NCBI GenBank assembly: GCA_046262595.1
Contig: JBHEMM010000010.1
Location: 53,140-63,278 of the forward strand
Direction: 5' to 3'
DNA length: 10,139 bases
From: Vulcanimicrobiaceae bacterium
GTDB lineage: Bacteria > Vulcanimicrobiota > Vulcanimicrobiia > Vulcanimicrobiales > Vulcanimicrobiaceae
Shown here: positions 7,326 through 10,139 of the stretch, in pieces
Numbering within the stretch: the stretch's first letter is position 1
How the letters are laid out: the number at the start of each line of letters is the position of its first letter
Made by a program: the position numbers and the translations under genes
Notes under the pieces: model-generated
What the model saw: the letters and a program-made list of their open reading frames with translations, nothing else
Told to the model about the DNA's origin: nothing
The model's database searches: none

Positions 7326-7877
7326 CTACTGTCCGCCGCCTCCACCGGGGTGTTTGTGGTGGTGATGGCGGCTCATCTTGCCGCGGACCGCCGGGTTCGC
7401 GGAGCTCACCGGACGGTTGAATTTGTCGGTCCAGTTCGAACCGTTCGGATTGTTTGTCAGCGCATTCATCTCCGTTCCGTTCGGGCCGCTGCCCGTGCTT
7501 TGGGGAGCCGTAGGATACGTGTTCATCGGCGTTGTCGTGGTCGTAGCGGGAGTGGTTTGTTTCGGACACTGCACGGTGGCCGCATTAGCCGGCTTCTGCA
7601 TCGCGGGCGTCTGTGTCGTCGCCGTTCCCGTGCCGGTCGGATTCGTCTGCGTCACGGGCGTTCCCGGAACAGCCTGATCCGTGCCCTGTGTCGCATTCGG
7701 ATTTTGCGTCACCGTTGAGGTGCCGTTGGGATTGCATTTGATCGCAGTTCCCGTATTGGGAACGGTAACGTTGTCAGGCGGCGTTCCCGGAGCGGTTTGC
7801 GCCGCCGCGGGTAATGCCAGCGCCGCGGCTAAACCGGCCGCCGCGGTTATCCCGAGTATCTTCGAGCCAATGTTCAT
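7326..7877 (-). CDS. Secreted Thr/Pro/Asn/Gly-rich low-complexity protein with His/Gly C-terminal tail (183 aa)
   Basis: GAGGAG Shine-Dalgarno about 9 nt before ATG 7877. Signal peptide MNIGSKILGITAAAGLAAALALPAAA|Q. The mature part is T/P/N/G-rich with two Cys and ends RHHHHKHPGGGGGQ. Confidence 0.8.
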   Translation of the reverse strand: MNIGSKILGITAAAGLAAALALPAAAQTAPGTPPDNVTVPNTGTAIKCNPNGTSTVTQNPNATQGTDQAVPGTPVTQTNPTGTGTATTQTPAMQKPANAATVQCPKQTTPATTTTTPMNTYPTAPQSTGSGPNGTEMNALTNNPNGSNWTDKFNRPVSSANPAVRGKMSRHHHHKHPGGGGGQ

Positions 7878-7926
7878 CGGTGTGCTCTCCTCGCGTGAAT
7901 TCATGGTAGAATAACTCACTTTTGCA

Positions 7927-7952
7927 GTACCCATCGCTACCATATTTTAAGG
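7927..7952 (-). promoter_or_regulatory. Possible SigB/SigF-type promoter for the His-tail gene
   Basis: Minus strand CCTTAA-N14-GGGTAC lies about 50 nt upstream of ATG 7877. A sigma70-like TAAAAT (7949-7944) overlaps it. Confidence 0.4.
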
Positions 7953-8048
7953 CATGCGGCCGCTTGACGCGGGACCGGGCGTCGCGAACGAAACGGGCGG
8001 CGCGGGCGCATGCGGCGTGGGACTCCTCGCGAGGATGGTCATTCGGAG

Positions 8049-8077
8049 GTGACAGGGCGGCTGCAGCGTGGTAAAAT
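8049..8077 (+). promoter_or_regulatory. Sigma70/SigA promoter of rpoC
   Basis: -35 GTGACA (8049-8054), a 17-nt spacer and an extended -10 TG-G-TAAAAT (8069-8077). Predicted transcription start near 8084. Confidence 0.8.
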
Positions 8078-8085
8078 GATTTCCC

Positions 8086-8167
8086 TGTGCCCCGCCACGC
8101 GACGGTGGGCCCGCCTATGTGACCACATGGGTCCGGTGCCCTGCGTAAGCTGCAGCCGGAGAGCGCA
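8086..8167 (+). ncRNA. Putative structured cis-regulatory 5' leader of rpoC (four-way junction)
   Basis: Closing stem TGTGC (8086-8090)/GCGCA (8163-8167) encloses three hairpins: CCCGCC/GGTGGG (8091-8109), GCCTATGT/ACATGGGT (8113-8132) and TCCGG..CTGC/GCAG-CCGGA (8132-8160). The GGAG at 8171-8174 follows. Folded by eye only. Confidence 0.5.
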
Positions 8168-8186
8168 TTTGGAGCCCTAAAACGCT

Positions 8187-10139
<1,953 letters not shown>

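Noticed and set aside
7964..7992. TTGACG at 7964-7969 as a second rpoC promoter
   Set aside because: No -10-like hexamer occurs at 16-18 nt spacing.
8086..8167. Cloverleaf-like fold suggesting a tRNA
   Set aside because: There is no TTC(G/A)A T-loop, D-loop GG, 7-bp acceptor stem or CCA end. Its position between promoter and SD fits a 5' leader.

Overview
GC-rich bacterial chromosomal window with ten protein-coding genes and no visible mobile element, CRISPR array or tRNA/rRNA. Left (1-4595): a signalling trio with no chemoreceptor, CheA or CheW in view. It comprises a 5'-truncated GAF protein with a degenerate SpoIIE/PP2C-like tail, a stand-alone CheB methylesterase with a Cys/His zinc-ribbon-like tail, and a divergent CheB-CheR-PAS-coiled-coil fusion with no kinase output. 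Middle (4605-7877): two exported proteins (a signal-peptide coiled-coil protein and a small lipoprotein), a coupled beta-hydroxyacid dehydrogenase-family + alpha/beta-hydrolase pair, a bidirectional terminator, and a secreted low-complexity protein ending in HHHHKHPGGGGGQ. Right (8187-end): the first 651 codons of rpoC, absent from the ORF track because it runs off the window. The most striking observation is that rpoC is not preceded by rpoB. It has its own near-consensus sigma70 promoter and an ~80-nt multi-branched structured leader. It also has a proline in the catalytic-loop context (PYNADFDGD) and an ~30-aa charged insertion. The gene content suggests a Terrabacteria lineage such as Eremiobacterota/Vulcanimicrobiota; this is an impression, not a tested result. 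All motif and structure calls were made by eye.
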